From assembly GCA_965262355.1 (NCBI GenBank), contig OZ253534.1, positions 3,234,232-3,298,231 of the forward strand: a stretch of 64,000 nt of DNA. The letters are read 5' to 3'. How positions within the stretch are numbered: the stretch's first letter is position 1; every line of letters begins with the position of its first letter. Of the stretch, positions 34,545-43,314 are shown in pieces. The translations under genes and the position numbers were made by a program. The notes beneath the pieces were generated by a model. It was not told where the DNA came from and did not search any database. It worked only from the letters and a program-made list of their open reading frames with translations. Origin of the DNA: Candidatus Multivorans sp. (GTDB lineage: Bacteria > Acidobacteriota > Thermoanaerobaculia > Multivoradales > Multivoraceae).

Positions 34545-35796
34545 TCGACTGAGTCCTGAACTCGAGGCGGCGGCAGCCGAGATGGCCGGCGCCGAACGCG
34601 GCTTCCACCGCCCGCCGCCGGGGCTCGACGCGGCGGGAAGGGCCGCGGTCCGGCGTCGCGCGCTGGACCTCGCGAGCGGCAGCGGGCCGCTGACCGCCAT
34701 CGGCAGCTACACCCTGGACGACGAACGCGCGTCCAGCCAGCACTGCGAGAACTTCATCGGCGCCGCACAGGTGCCGATGGGCGTCGCCGGGCCGGTGCTG
34801 GTGCGGGGCAGCGAGATCGACGGCACGGTCAGCGTGCCGATGGCGACCACCGAGGGCGCCCTGCTCGCGAGCGTGAACCGCGGCTGCCGCGCGATCACGG
34901 CTGCCGGGGGCGCCACCGTTTTCGTGGAGGACGTGGGCATGACCCGGGCGCCGGTCTTCCGCACCACGGGGATCAAGGCGACCAGGCGGCTGATTGAGTG
35001 GCTGGAAGCGAACGAGGAGAGAATCCGCGCCAAGGCCCAGCAGACGAGCCGCTACCTGGAACTCCTGGACATCCGCCCGTCGGTCGTCGGCAGCACGGTG
35101 TTCCTCCGGTTCCGTTTCGCCACCGGCGACGCGATGGGCATGAACATGGTGACGATCGCCTGCGACCGCGTGGTGTCCGAGCTGATCGAACCGGAGACCG
35201 GCGTCCAGTGCGTCGCACTGTCCGGGAACTACTGCGTCGACAAGAAGCCGTCGGCCGTCAACTACCAACTCGGGCGCGGCAAGCGGATCCACGCCGAAGT
35301 GGTGCTCGACGAGTTGACCCTGCGCAAGGTGCTGAAGTCGGAGGCAAGGGCGCTCCAGGAGGTGGCCTACCGCAAGAACCTCCTCGGTTCGGTGGCGGCC
35401 GGCGCTCTCGCTTTCAACGCCCAGTTCGCCAACGTGCTCGCGGGGGTGTTCGTGGCCTGCGGCCAGGACGTCGCCCACGTGGTCGAGGGTGCGATGGGCG
35501 TTGCTTCGTTCGAGGCTCGCGACGACGGTTCGGTCTACGCCTCGGTCTACATGCCGGATGTTCCCCTGGCGGCGATCGGCGGCGGGACCGGTCTGGACAC
35601 CCAGCGGGAAGCGCTTGAGGTGATGGGCGTGCGGCTCGATCCGGACCGGCCGGGCGCGGCGGTGCGGCGGTTGGCCGAGATCGTCGGCGCGGTCGTTCTG
35701 GCCGGCGAGCTGTCGTTGACCGCGGCGTTCACCTCGCGCGACCTGGCACGGGCGCACGAGCGGTTGGCCCGCTCGGGTCCGGCGAACGGGGACTGA
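34537..35796 (+). CDS. hmgA: Hydroxymethylglutaryl-CoA reductase (class I-like)
   Basis: ATG at 34537 overlaps the fni stop. ENFIGAAQVPMGVAGPVLVRG, VPMATTEGALLASVNRGCRA, DAMGMNMVT. Confidence 0.85.
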   Translation: MADRLSPELEAAAAEMAGAERGFHRPPPGLDAAGRAAVRRRALDLASGSGPLTAIGSYTLDDERASSQHCENFIGAAQVPMGVAGPVLVRGSEIDGTVSVPMATTEGALLASVNRGCRAITAAGGATVFVEDVGMTRAPVFRTTGIKATRRLIEWLEANEERIRAKAQQTSRYLELLDIRPSVVGSTVFLRFRFATGDAMGMNMVTIACDRVVSELIEPETGVQCVALSGNYCVDKKPSAVNYQLGRGKRIHAEVVLDELTLRKVLKSEARALQEVAYRKNLLGSVAAGALAFNAQFANVLAGVFVACGQDVAHVVEGAMGVASFEARDDGSVYASVYMPDVPLAAIGGGTGLDTQREALEVMGVRLDPDRPGAAVRRLAEIVGAVVLAGELSLTAAFTSRDLARAHERLARSGPANGD

Positions 35797-35805
35797 TCGC
35801 CGGCC

Positions 35806-37029
35806 ATGGCCGACGCCGGATCGGTGCGGCTGAGCGTGCCCGGGAAGGTGATCCTCCTGGGCGAGCACGCTGCCGTGTACGGCAGGCCGGCGGTGGTCGC
35901 GGCGGTCGATCGCCGGCTGGAAGTGGAGGCGCGTCTGGGGCCAGCGGGTAGCGGGTTGGAGCGCGGCCGGGTGTATCTCGACCTTCCCGACATCGATGTC
36001 CTGGAGGAGCGTACGTGGAGGGAGGTGGAGGAGTTCACCGATGACGCGCGTCGGCGCTGGCGCGCGTACAAGACCGGCAACGAGCCCTTCCGATCGGATC
36101 GTGAACGCTCTGCCCTGGTCCGCATCGCGGTTGGGGAGGCGCTGGCGTCGCTGGCGCCGGCGGCGTCAGCGCGATTGCGGGAGCGGTCGCTCGAACTGCG
36201 GCTGCGGTCGGCGATTCCGGTCGGCGCCGGGTTGGGCAGTTCGGCTGCGGCCGCGGTGGGCGTGGTCGCTGCCGTGCGGGCGGTGGCCGGTGGCTTCAGC
36301 CAGCCGGAGCCGGATGCCGGCCAGAAGGCCGGCGCACCCAGTGCGGAGCCGGATGCCGGCCAGAAGGCCGGCGCACCCAGTGCGGAGCGGGGTGCACTCA
36401 GTGAGGTGTTGCTTCCCGGCGTAGGCGACGAACTTGCGGCGATCGAGTCCGCGGCGCTCGAGGTCGAGCGGCGGCAGCATGGGTTCCCGTCGGGCATCGA
36501 CAGCGGCACCGTGCTGCGCGGCGGCGTCCTCCTCGTGCGGCGCGAGGGAGGGGAGCTGCGCTTCGACGACCTGCCGCGGCCGGGGTGGCTTCGCCGTGAC
36601 ATCGCGATCGTCGACAGTGGCGTACCGGAACAGACCACGGGCGCTGTCGTGGCGAGTGTGCGCCTGCGCTACGAGCGGGATCCCGATCGGGTGTCGGCTG
36701 TGTTCGATCGCATGGAGACGGCGGTCGATGAGTTCCGGGCGGCGCTCGCCTCCGGCGGCAAGCAACGGGCGGAGGCGGCGATAACCGCGGCGCACTACGC
36801 TCTCGTCGACCTCGGCGTCGTGCCGCCGGGGGTGGCCTGGCGGATCGGTCGGGTCGAGATGGCGGACGGCGCTGCCAAGGTCTCGGGCGCCGGGGCGCTC
36901 GAGGGGGAGTCGGCTGGAGCGCTGGTCTGCATGCTCGGGCGACGGGATCCGGGTGCGGTCGAAGGCTTGTCGGATCTCGCGCCGGTCGATGCGCCCATCG
37001 GCGCCGAGGGCCTGCGGTTCGAGGACTGA
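35806..37029 (+). CDS. mvk: Mevalonate kinase (GHMP family) carrying an in-frame repeat insertion
   Basis: VPGKVILLGEHAAVYGRPAVVAAVD, GHMP motif IPVGAGLGSSAAAAVGVV, HGFPSGIDSG. 407 aa including a 26-aa tandem repeat insert. Confidence 0.85.
   Translation: MADAGSVRLSVPGKVILLGEHAAVYGRPAVVAAVDRRLEVEARLGPAGSGLERGRVYLDLPDIDVLEERTWREVEEFTDDARRRWRAYKTGNEPFRSDRERSALVRIAVGEALASLAPAASARLRERSLELRLRSAIPVGAGLGSSAAAAVGVVAAVRAVAGGFSQPEPDAGQKAGAPSAEPDAGQKAGAPSAERGALSEVLLPGVGDELAAIESAALEVERRQHGFPSGIDSGTVLRGGVLLVRREGGELRFDDLPRPGWLRRDIAIVDSGVPEQTTGAVVASVRLRYERDPDRVSAVFDRMETAVDEFRAALASGGKQRAEAAITAAHYALVDLGVVPPGVAWRIGRVEMADGAAKVSGAGALEGESAGALVCMLGRRDPGAVEGLSDLAPVDAPIGAEGLRFED
36307..36384 (+). repeat. REP-like family A, two tandem 39-nt units in frame inside mvk (copy A3)
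   Basis: GAGCCGGATGCCGGCCAGAAGGCCGGCGCACCCAGTGCG occurs twice, identical, encoding EPDAGQKAGAPSA x2. Same core as the intergenic copies A2 and A5. Confidence 0.85.
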
Positions 37030-37037
37030 TCGAGGAC

Positions 37038-37062
37038 GCCGGCGCACCCAGTGGATGCCGGC
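37038..37062 (+). repeat. REP-like family A, partial/rearranged copy A4
   Basis: GCCGGCGCACCCAGTGGATGCCGGC in the mvk-mvaD spacer shares the GGCGCACCCAGTG and GATGCCGGC blocks. Confidence 0.45.
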
Positions 37063-37082
37063 TATAGGCTCGGCAGCACATC

Positions 37083-38147
37083 ATGGAGTCCACCTTCGAA
37101 CCGACGCGCGAGCCGGGACCGGTGACCGCGGAGGCGCCGTCGAACATCGCCTTCATCAAGTACTGGGGCGCCCGCGATCTCGAAGGCGATTCTGAGGGTC
37201 CCGTGCCGTTCAACCGGTCGCTGTCGATGACCCTCGACACGTGCCGTTCCATCTGTTCGGCGTCGCCGCTCACGGCCGGCAGGGAGGACGAAATCTGGTG
37301 GTTGGACAACCCCGCCGTTGACCGCCCGGGCGCGCTCGCCCCGCCGCCCCCGGCCTTCGTCGAGCGCACGAAGCGGCACCTCGAGCGGCTGCGCGAATGG
37401 TCCCGGCACACGACCGCGCCGTACGCAGGCGGGTTCCGCATCGCGACGTACAACACCTTCCCGACGGCTGCGGGAATCGCCTCGTCGGCCTCCGGTTTCA
37501 CGGCCTTGACACTCGCCGCAGCGACCTGCATGGGCTTCGACCTGACGCCGCGAACGCTCTCGGAGTTGTCGCGGAGCAGCGGTTCGGGTTCGGCCGCGCG
37601 GTCCGCCTGGGGCGGCTACGTGGAGTGGCCGGATGCCGACGGCAACGCGGGGGTTCAGATCCTGGACGAGCGGGCCTGGGAACTCTGCGACCTGGTCGCC
37701 GTCGTGGAGACCGGGCCGAAGCACGTGTCGTCGCGGGACGGCCACCGGCGGGCCGAGAGCAGTCCGTACTTCGCGCCGCGTCTGGCCGCGCTCGACGGGA
37801 GACTGGATCGCGTGCGCGCCGCGCTGCGCGGCCGCGACTTCGAGGCGCTCGGCGACGCGGTCGAGGAGGAGGGGATCGATCTGCACCTGATCGCGATGTC
37901 CTCCCGGCCGCCGGTCTACTACTGGTCCCCGGGGACGATCGAGGTGCTGGCGGCGGTCCGTGGGCTGCGGGCCGATGGCGTGGCCGCCTACGGCACGATG
38001 GACGCCGGCGCGAACGTCCACGTGATCTGCCAGCCGGCCGATGCGCCGCAGGTGGCGGACCGGCTGGAGGCCCTCGGCAGCGTCCAGTACGTCCTGCACG
38101 ACCGCACCGGGGGCCCGCCGGTGTGGCGGAGCGGCGCCGAACTCTGA
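37083..38147 (+). CDS. mvaD: Diphosphomevalonate-decarboxylase-family protein (possibly phosphomevalonate decarboxylase)
   Basis: APSNIAFIKYWGARD, NRSLSMTL, TFPTAAGIASSASGFTALTLA (GHMP motif). Confidence 0.8.
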   Translation: MESTFEPTREPGPVTAEAPSNIAFIKYWGARDLEGDSEGPVPFNRSLSMTLDTCRSICSASPLTAGREDEIWWLDNPAVDRPGALAPPPPAFVERTKRHLERLREWSRHTTAPYAGGFRIATYNTFPTAAGIASSASGFTALTLAAATCMGFDLTPRTLSELSRSSGSGSAARSAWGGYVEWPDADGNAGVQILDERAWELCDLVAVVETGPKHVSSRDGHRRAESSPYFAPRLAALDGRLDRVRAALRGRDFEALGDAVEEEGIDLHLIAMSSRPPVYYWSPGTIEVLAAVRGLRADGVAAYGTMDAGANVHVICQPADAPQVADRLEALGSVQYVLHDRTGGPPVWRSGAEL

Positions 38148-38149
38148 TC

Positions 38150-39037
38150 ATGGCTGCCGGCTCGCAAGCAGAAGAGAGCGATGCGCGTGGCCCGTTGAGC
38201 GTGACGCTGGTCAAGCTCGGCGGCAGCCTGATCACCGACAAGACCAAGCCGCGCACGGTCGAGCGGGAGCACTTGGGTCGGCTGGCGGCCGAGATCGCCG
38301 CCGGGTGGTCGGGCGGCAGCCTGATCGTCGGCCACGGCAGTGGCTCCTTCGGTCACCCGGAGGCGCGGGCGGCCGGCCTGGTCGGAGGCGCGGGCGGCCG
38401 GCGGCTCGACTCGCCGGCGGACCGGATGGGCATCGCCCGCACGCAATCCGCGGCGCAGGCTCTGCACCGAATGATCGTCTCGAGTCTGATCGAGGCCGGG
38501 GTGCCCGCGTACTCCCAACCGCCGTCCGGCTTTCTGGTAGCGGACGGCGGAAAACCGCACGGCGATCCCCCCGCGCCCCTGGCCGAAGCTCTGCGATTGG
38601 GCCTGGTGCCGGTGACCATGGGTGACGTGGCGATCGACCGCCGGCGGGGAGCGGCGATCGTCTCGACCGAGACGGTGTTCGAGTTCCTGGCCGGCGCGCT
38701 GCCTGCGCTCGGGATCGAGGTGCGGCGCGCCTTGTGGCTGGGTGTTGTGGCGGGCGTCCTGGATGACGGGGGACGGCTGATTCCGCGCATCGACGCGACC
38801 AACATCGAGGCCGCTTCGGCGGCCGCCGGCGGTTCGGCGGCGGTCGACGTGACCGGCGGCATGGAGCACCGCCTGGTCACCGCATGGCGTTTGGCCCGGG
38901 GCGGCGTGGAGTCGCTGATTCTCGACGGCCGCGAGCCGGGCCTGCTGGAATCCGTGCTCCGGCATCCGGGACGGGCGGCGGAAGTCGCCGGTACACTCGT
39001 CAGTTCCAGCGAACGACCCTGGAGATCGCCTACGTAG
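38150..39037 (+). CDS. ipk: Isopentenyl phosphate kinase (amino-acid-kinase fold)
   Basis: ATG at 38150 in track ORF 37397..39037. VKLGGSLITDKTKP and IVGHGSGSFGHP match the IPK signature blocks. Confidence 0.7.
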   Translation: MAAGSQAEESDARGPLSVTLVKLGGSLITDKTKPRTVEREHLGRLAAEIAAGWSGGSLIVGHGSGSFGHPEARAAGLVGGAGGRRLDSPADRMGIARTQSAAQALHRMIVSSLIEAGVPAYSQPPSGFLVADGGKPHGDPPAPLAEALRLGLVPVTMGDVAIDRRRGAAIVSTETVFEFLAGALPALGIEVRRALWLGVVAGVLDDGGRLIPRIDATNIEAASAAAGGSAAVDVTGGMEHRLVTAWRLARGGVESLILDGREPGLLESVLRHPGRAAEVAGTLVSSSERPWRSPT

Positions 39038-39075
39038 GCACGCGCGGCCGCCACGCCACGCGCCGTTCCGACATC

Positions 39076-39756
39076 ATGAACATGCGCGCGAGCAGCACAG
39101 TCGAGGACTACCTGAAGTGCATCTTCCGGGCCGAGCAGGAGGCGCGGCAGAGCGGGCAGGACCTCGTGCCCATGGGCCGGATCGCGGCTCTCCTGGAGGT
39201 GGCGCCGGCTTCGGTTACCGCGATGATGAAGACCCTGGCCGAGTCCGGTCTGGTCGCCTACGAGCCCTACAGCGGTGTGCGGCTGGAACCCGCGGGCCGC
39301 AAGCTGGCGGCGCACGTGCTCAGGCGGCACCGGCTGGTCGAGCTGTTTCTGGTCAACAAGATGGGGTTCGACTGGAGCGAGGTTCACTCCGAAGCCGAAC
39401 TGCTCGAGCACGCGGTTTCCGAACGGATGATCGAGCGGATGGACGAGATGCTGGGCCATCCGTCCGTCGACCCGCACGGCGATCCGATCCCCAGGGCAGA
39501 CGGCCACATCGAGATCGTGGATCATCCCAGCCTTCTGAAGTGCGCGCTGAACTGCACGGTCGAGGTCGTGCGGGTCACCGATCAGGACGCCGAGTTCCTG
39601 CGCTTCGCCGAGCGCGAGGGTCTGACGCCGGGGAAGTCGGTCGAGGTGGCGGCGCGGGACGAGACCGCGGGCAGCGTCGCGGTGATCTCCGGGACGCGAC
39701 AGCTCAGCCTGGGCTTCCCGGCCGCCTCCAAGGTGCTGGTGCGAGAGGCGCCGTGA
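39076..39756 (+). CDS. DtxR/MntR-family metal-dependent transcriptional regulator
   Basis: ATG at 39076. STVEDYLKCIF..., ...RRHRLVELFL..., ...EAELLEHAVSERMIERMDEMLGHPSVDPHGDPIP, C-terminal FeoA/SH3-like domain. Confidence 0.8.
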   Translation: MNMRASSTVEDYLKCIFRAEQEARQSGQDLVPMGRIAALLEVAPASVTAMMKTLAESGLVAYEPYSGVRLEPAGRKLAAHVLRRHRLVELFLVNKMGFDWSEVHSEAELLEHAVSERMIERMDEMLGHPSVDPHGDPIPRADGHIEIVDHPSLLKCALNCTVEVVRVTDQDAEFLRFAEREGLTPGKSVEVAARDETAGSVAVISGTRQLSLGFPAASKVLVREAP

Positions 39757-39787
39757 AGGTCGGTCACCTGCGGCCCTGTCTCTGGCG

Positions 39788-40320
39788 CTAGGCCGCCGTC
39801 TCGCCGCCGGTCGGGGTGACCACGAACAGCGGATCGCCCCGGTCGACGGTCTGACCGACCTCGACCAGGAGCTTGTCCAGGCGGCCATCGATCTCCGACT
39901 GGATCTCGTTCTCCATCTTCATCGCCTCGAGCACGAGGACACCCTGGCCGGAGGCCACTTCCTCGCCTTCGCCGGCGAGCACCGCGGTCACGCGGCCGGG
40001 CATGTAGGCGGCGGCCTCGAACACGCCGTCCTCGGGCTGCTGTGCGGCGGCGACGAAGTCTCGCGACCGCGGGTCCATCACCCGCAGTTCGGCGCCGTCG
40101 ACGACGTAGACGCCCTTGCCGAGCGCGCGCACGCTCGCGGTCGTCTGGCGTCCGTTGACGATCACGCTCAGCATGTCCGGCCGGCCCACCGTCGCGGCGT
40201 CGACCCGGTACTCGCGGCCGTCGATGGCGATGGTCCAGTTGCCGTCCGCTTCGGCCTGGGCGTCGACCTGGACTTCACGGTCCGCGCTGGCGACGATCAG
40301 TTCCAGGTCGTACCCCTCCG
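39788..40320 (-). pseudogene. Acyl-CoA carboxylase alpha subunit, BT-linker plus biotinyl (BCCP) domain segment, out of frame with the biotin carboxylase segment
   Basis: ...YDLELIVASADREVQVD...IDGREYRVDA... (BT-like) and VLVLEAMKMENEI (biotinylation MKM motif). No canonical start codon near its 5' end. The upper coordinate is approximate. Confidence 0.6.
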
Positions 40321-41841
40321 GCTGTCGCGGCGCGCGGCGAGTTGCCAGTTGGACCCTGCGGCGACGCCGGAAGGCGTGGCCGCGGCGCCGTTCGCGTGGT
40401 TGCGTCCGAGGTGGGCGAGGACCGCCGCCAGCACCGGCAGGTCGTTTTCCAGCGCGTCGCCGCTCGCGGTGGGCGCCCGCAGGTCGCCGTTCTCCAGCTT
40501 GCGGTCGAGCATCGAGATGTCCATGTTGCCGGCGAGGAAGTCCTCGTCTTCGAGCAGCAGCTCGAACAGGGCCAGGTTGGTCTGGATGCCCTCGACCCGG
40601 GTCTCGGCCAGGGCCCGCCGCAACCGCGCCAGGGCGTGGGGGCGGTCGCGGCCCCAGACGATCACCTTGGCGAGCATGGGGTCGTAGTGGATGGTGACCT
40701 CGGCGCCCTCGTAGACGCCGCAGTCGTTGCGGACCCCCGGACCTTCGGGCAGGCGGAGCAGCTCGATCCTCCCGGGCGACGGAGCGAAGCCGCGGAACGG
40801 ATCCTCCGCGTAGAGGCGGACCTCGACCGCATGGCCGTGGGGTTCGATGCCGCTGCGAAGCGCCTCCGGCAGCGCCTCGCCGGCGGCAATGTCCAGTTGC
40901 GCGTCCACGATGTCGATGCCCGTGACCGCTTCGGTCACCGGGTGCTCGACCTGGATTCTGGTGTTCATCTCGAGAAAGTAGAACTCGCCGTCGGGGTCGA
41001 GAAGGAACTCGACCGTGCCGGCGCCGACGTAGTTCACGGTTTCGGCGGCGCGCACCGCGGCCGCGCCCATGCGCCGGCGCAGGTCCGGGTCCACCGCCGG
41101 CGACGGCGCTTCCTCGACGACCTTCTGGTGGCGTCGTTGAAGCGAGCACTCCCGTTCCCCGAGCGAGACGACCCGTCCGTGCCGGTCGCCCAGGATCTGG
41201 ATCTCGACGTGGCGTGGACGTTTCACGAAGCGCTCGATGTAGACGGAGGCGTCGTTGAAACTGGCGCCGGCTTCGGAAGAGGCGCCCCGGAACGCGGCCT
41301 CGAGTTCCTCCTCCGCGCGCACCAGGCGCATGCCCTTGCCGCCGCCTCCGGCCGAGGCCTTGAGCATCACCGGATAGCCGATCTCCCTGGCGGCGGCTCG
41401 GGCCGCGGCGGCGTCGGCCAGGGGCTCGGTACCGCCCGGCACGATAGGAACGCCGGCCGCCGTCATCAGGCGCCGGCTCTCGATCTTCGACCCCATGGCC
41501 GCGATCGCCTGCGAGGACGGGCCGATGAAGGTCACGCCGCGCTCCTCGCAGCGGCGGGCGAAGTCGGCGTTCTCGGACAGGAAGCCGTAGCCGGGGTGGA
41601 TCGCGTCGGCGCCGATGTCCGTGGCCAGGTCGACGATTCTTCGGGCCAGCAGATAGCTCTCGCTGGACGGCGCCGGACCGATGCAGTGGGCCTCGTCGGC
41701 CATCTGGGTCGCCAGGCCGTCTCGATCCGCCTCGGAGTAGACGGCGACGGAGACGATGCCGCGCTCCCGCAGCGCCCGGATGATGCGCACCGCGATCTCG
41801 CCGCGGTTTGCGACCAGTACCTTGTGCAACCCGTTCGTCAT
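40297..41841 (-). CDS. Biotin carboxylase domain of acetyl/propionyl-CoA carboxylase alpha subunit
   Basis: MTNGLHKVLVANRGEIAVRIIRALRE..., GYPVMLKASAGGGGKGMR, EMNTRIQVEHPVTE. The ORF stops at 40297, just where fused alpha subunits continue into BT/BCCP. Confidence 0.85.
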   Translation of the reverse strand: MTNGLHKVLVANRGEIAVRIIRALRERGIVSVAVYSEADRDGLATQMADEAHCIGPAPSSESYLLARRIVDLATDIGADAIHPGYGFLSENADFARRCEERGVTFIGPSSQAIAAMGSKIESRRLMTAAGVPIVPGGTEPLADAAAARAAAREIGYPVMLKASAGGGGKGMRLVRAEEELEAAFRGASSEAGASFNDASVYIERFVKRPRHVEIQILGDRHGRVVSLGERECSLQRRHQKVVEEAPSPAVDPDLRRRMGAAAVRAAETVNYVGAGTVEFLLDPDGEFYFLEMNTRIQVEHPVTEAVTGIDIVDAQLDIAAGEALPEALRSGIEPHGHAVEVRLYAEDPFRGFAPSPGRIELLRLPEGPGVRNDCGVYEGAEVTIHYDPMLAKVIVWGRDRPHALARLRRALAETRVEGIQTNLALFELLLEDEDFLAGNMDISMLDRKLENGDLRAPTASGDALENDLPVLAAVLAHLGRNHANGAAATPSGVAAGSNWQLAARRDSRRGTTWN

Positions 41842-41905
41842 GCCAGGAGGCGAATCCTAGCTGCGAAAGCCCTGAAGCCCCTCTCATGTGTGGGAGTTAT
41901 AGTGT

Positions 41906-43297
41906 TTGGTCCAACCTGGAGGAGAGGCGATGAACATGGAAGGAAGTCTCGGGCAGGACGGCGGCGGCGGCGAGAAGTGGGGTCCTCCGGTGACCAGGAA
42001 ATCCCTGATGCGAGGCGGTCTGGCGGCGCTGCTGGTGGCGCCGTGGACGGCATCGTCTCTCGGCGCTGGAGGCGGTCAGGAATCGGGCAATGAAGGCGCC
42101 GAGGCGTCGGGCCGGACCCAGGGTTCGGGCGCTACCGACGACGAGATCGTCCTCGGTGTGTCCGCCGCCTTCTCGGGTCCGTCGAGGGGTCTGGGCGCCG
42201 AGCTCTACCGGGGCGCCACCGCCTACTTCAACCATGTGAACGACAACGGCGGCATCGAAGGCCGCAGGATCAGCGTGAAGCTGTACGACGACGGGTATCA
42301 GCCGGATCCGTGCGTCCAGAACACGATGCGACTCATGTTGGAGGACAAGGTGTTCCTTCTGTTCGGCTATGTGGGAACGCCGACCGTGACCCGCGTGCTG
42401 CCGATCCTCAAGAAGTTCCAGAACGAGAGCATCTTCCTGTTCTTCCCCTTCACCGGCGCCCAGCCGCAGCGTGAGCCTCCCTATGGCGATTTCGCCTTCA
42501 ACCTGCGGGCTTCGTACAACCAGGAAACGGCCGGTCTCGTCGACAATCTCGTCGCCATCGGCAAGCGGCGGATCGCGGTCTTCTACCAGATCGACGCCTA
42601 CGGACGCAGCGGCTGGGCGGGTGTCCGGGCGGCCCTGGCGAAGCACGGCGAGAAACTCGCCGGCGAAGCCACCTACAGCCGGGGCGAGAAGTTCACCGGC
42701 AGCATGAGGAAGCAGGTGGAGATCCTGCAGGGCGTCTCGCCGGACGCGGTGATCTGTATCGGGGCCTACGCGGCCTGCGCCGCCTTCGCGCGCGACGCGG
42801 TGGATCTGGGACTGAACGTTCCGATCGCCAACCTGTCCTTCGTGGGCAGCGAGAACCTCCTCAAGCTCCTGACCGAGGGCCGCGACGACGGCGAGCGGTA
42901 CACCCGGCTGCTGATCAACTCCCAGGTCGTGCCGAGCTACGAGGACACGTCGATTCCCGCGGTCAGGGAGTACCGCGAGTTGATGGCCCGGTATGACCCC
43001 CAGGTTCCGCAGGAACTGGTCCAGGAGGAGTACACCCCCTTTGCGCACAGCTTCGGCAGTCTCGAGGGATTCCTGAACGCCAAGCTCCTGGCGGAGATCC
43101 TCCGGCGGCTCGGTCCGAGCCCTGATCGGGCTGGACTGGGGGAAGCCGTGTTCTCCGTCCGCGACTTCGATCTCGGGATCAGCGAGCGGGTGTCGTTCGG
43201 ACCCGATCGGCGCCAGGGCCTTCAGAGCGTTTACCACACCGTCGTGGAAGACGGTCGATTCGTGCCCCTGGACGACTGGGGCGCCAGGTTCGCCTGA
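41906..43297 (+). CDS. LivJ-type (Peripla_BP_6) periplasmic substrate-binding protein
   Basis: DDEIVLGVSAAFSGPSRGLGAELYRGATAYFNHVNDNGGIEGRRISVKLYDDGYQPD is typical of branched-chain-amino-acid-type SBPs. Signal-like LMRGGLAALLVAPWTASSLGAG. The start is uncertain. Confidence 0.75.
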   Translation: MVQPGGEAMNMEGSLGQDGGGGEKWGPPVTRKSLMRGGLAALLVAPWTASSLGAGGGQESGNEGAEASGRTQGSGATDDEIVLGVSAAFSGPSRGLGAELYRGATAYFNHVNDNGGIEGRRISVKLYDDGYQPDPCVQNTMRLMLEDKVFLLFGYVGTPTVTRVLPILKKFQNESIFLFFPFTGAQPQREPPYGDFAFNLRASYNQETAGLVDNLVAIGKRRIAVFYQIDAYGRSGWAGVRAALAKHGEKLAGEATYSRGEKFTGSMRKQVEILQGVSPDAVICIGAYAACAAFARDAVDLGLNVPIANLSFVGSENLLKLLTEGRDDGERYTRLLINSQVVPSYEDTSIPAVREYRELMARYDPQVPQELVQEEYTPFAHSFGSLEGFLNAKLLAEILRRLGPSPDRAGLGEAVFSVRDFDLGISERVSFGPDRRQGLQSVYHTVVEDGRFVPLDDWGARFA

Positions 43298-43314
43298 GAT
43301 CGGTTTCTCCTGAG

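Noticed and set aside
36307-36384. Possible CRISPR-like arrays (tandem 39-nt units here; 68-bp units at 52160-52292)
   Set aside because: There are only two directly abutting units with no spacers. One set is in frame inside mvk. No cas genes are in the window.
39788-41887. 699-aa single ORF covering the whole carboxylase locus in one frame
   Set aside because: Only its C-terminal ~175 codons carry real BT/BCCP sequence. The N-terminal two thirds is an off-frame shadow of the biotin carboxylase ORF 40297..41841, which has all the BC motifs.
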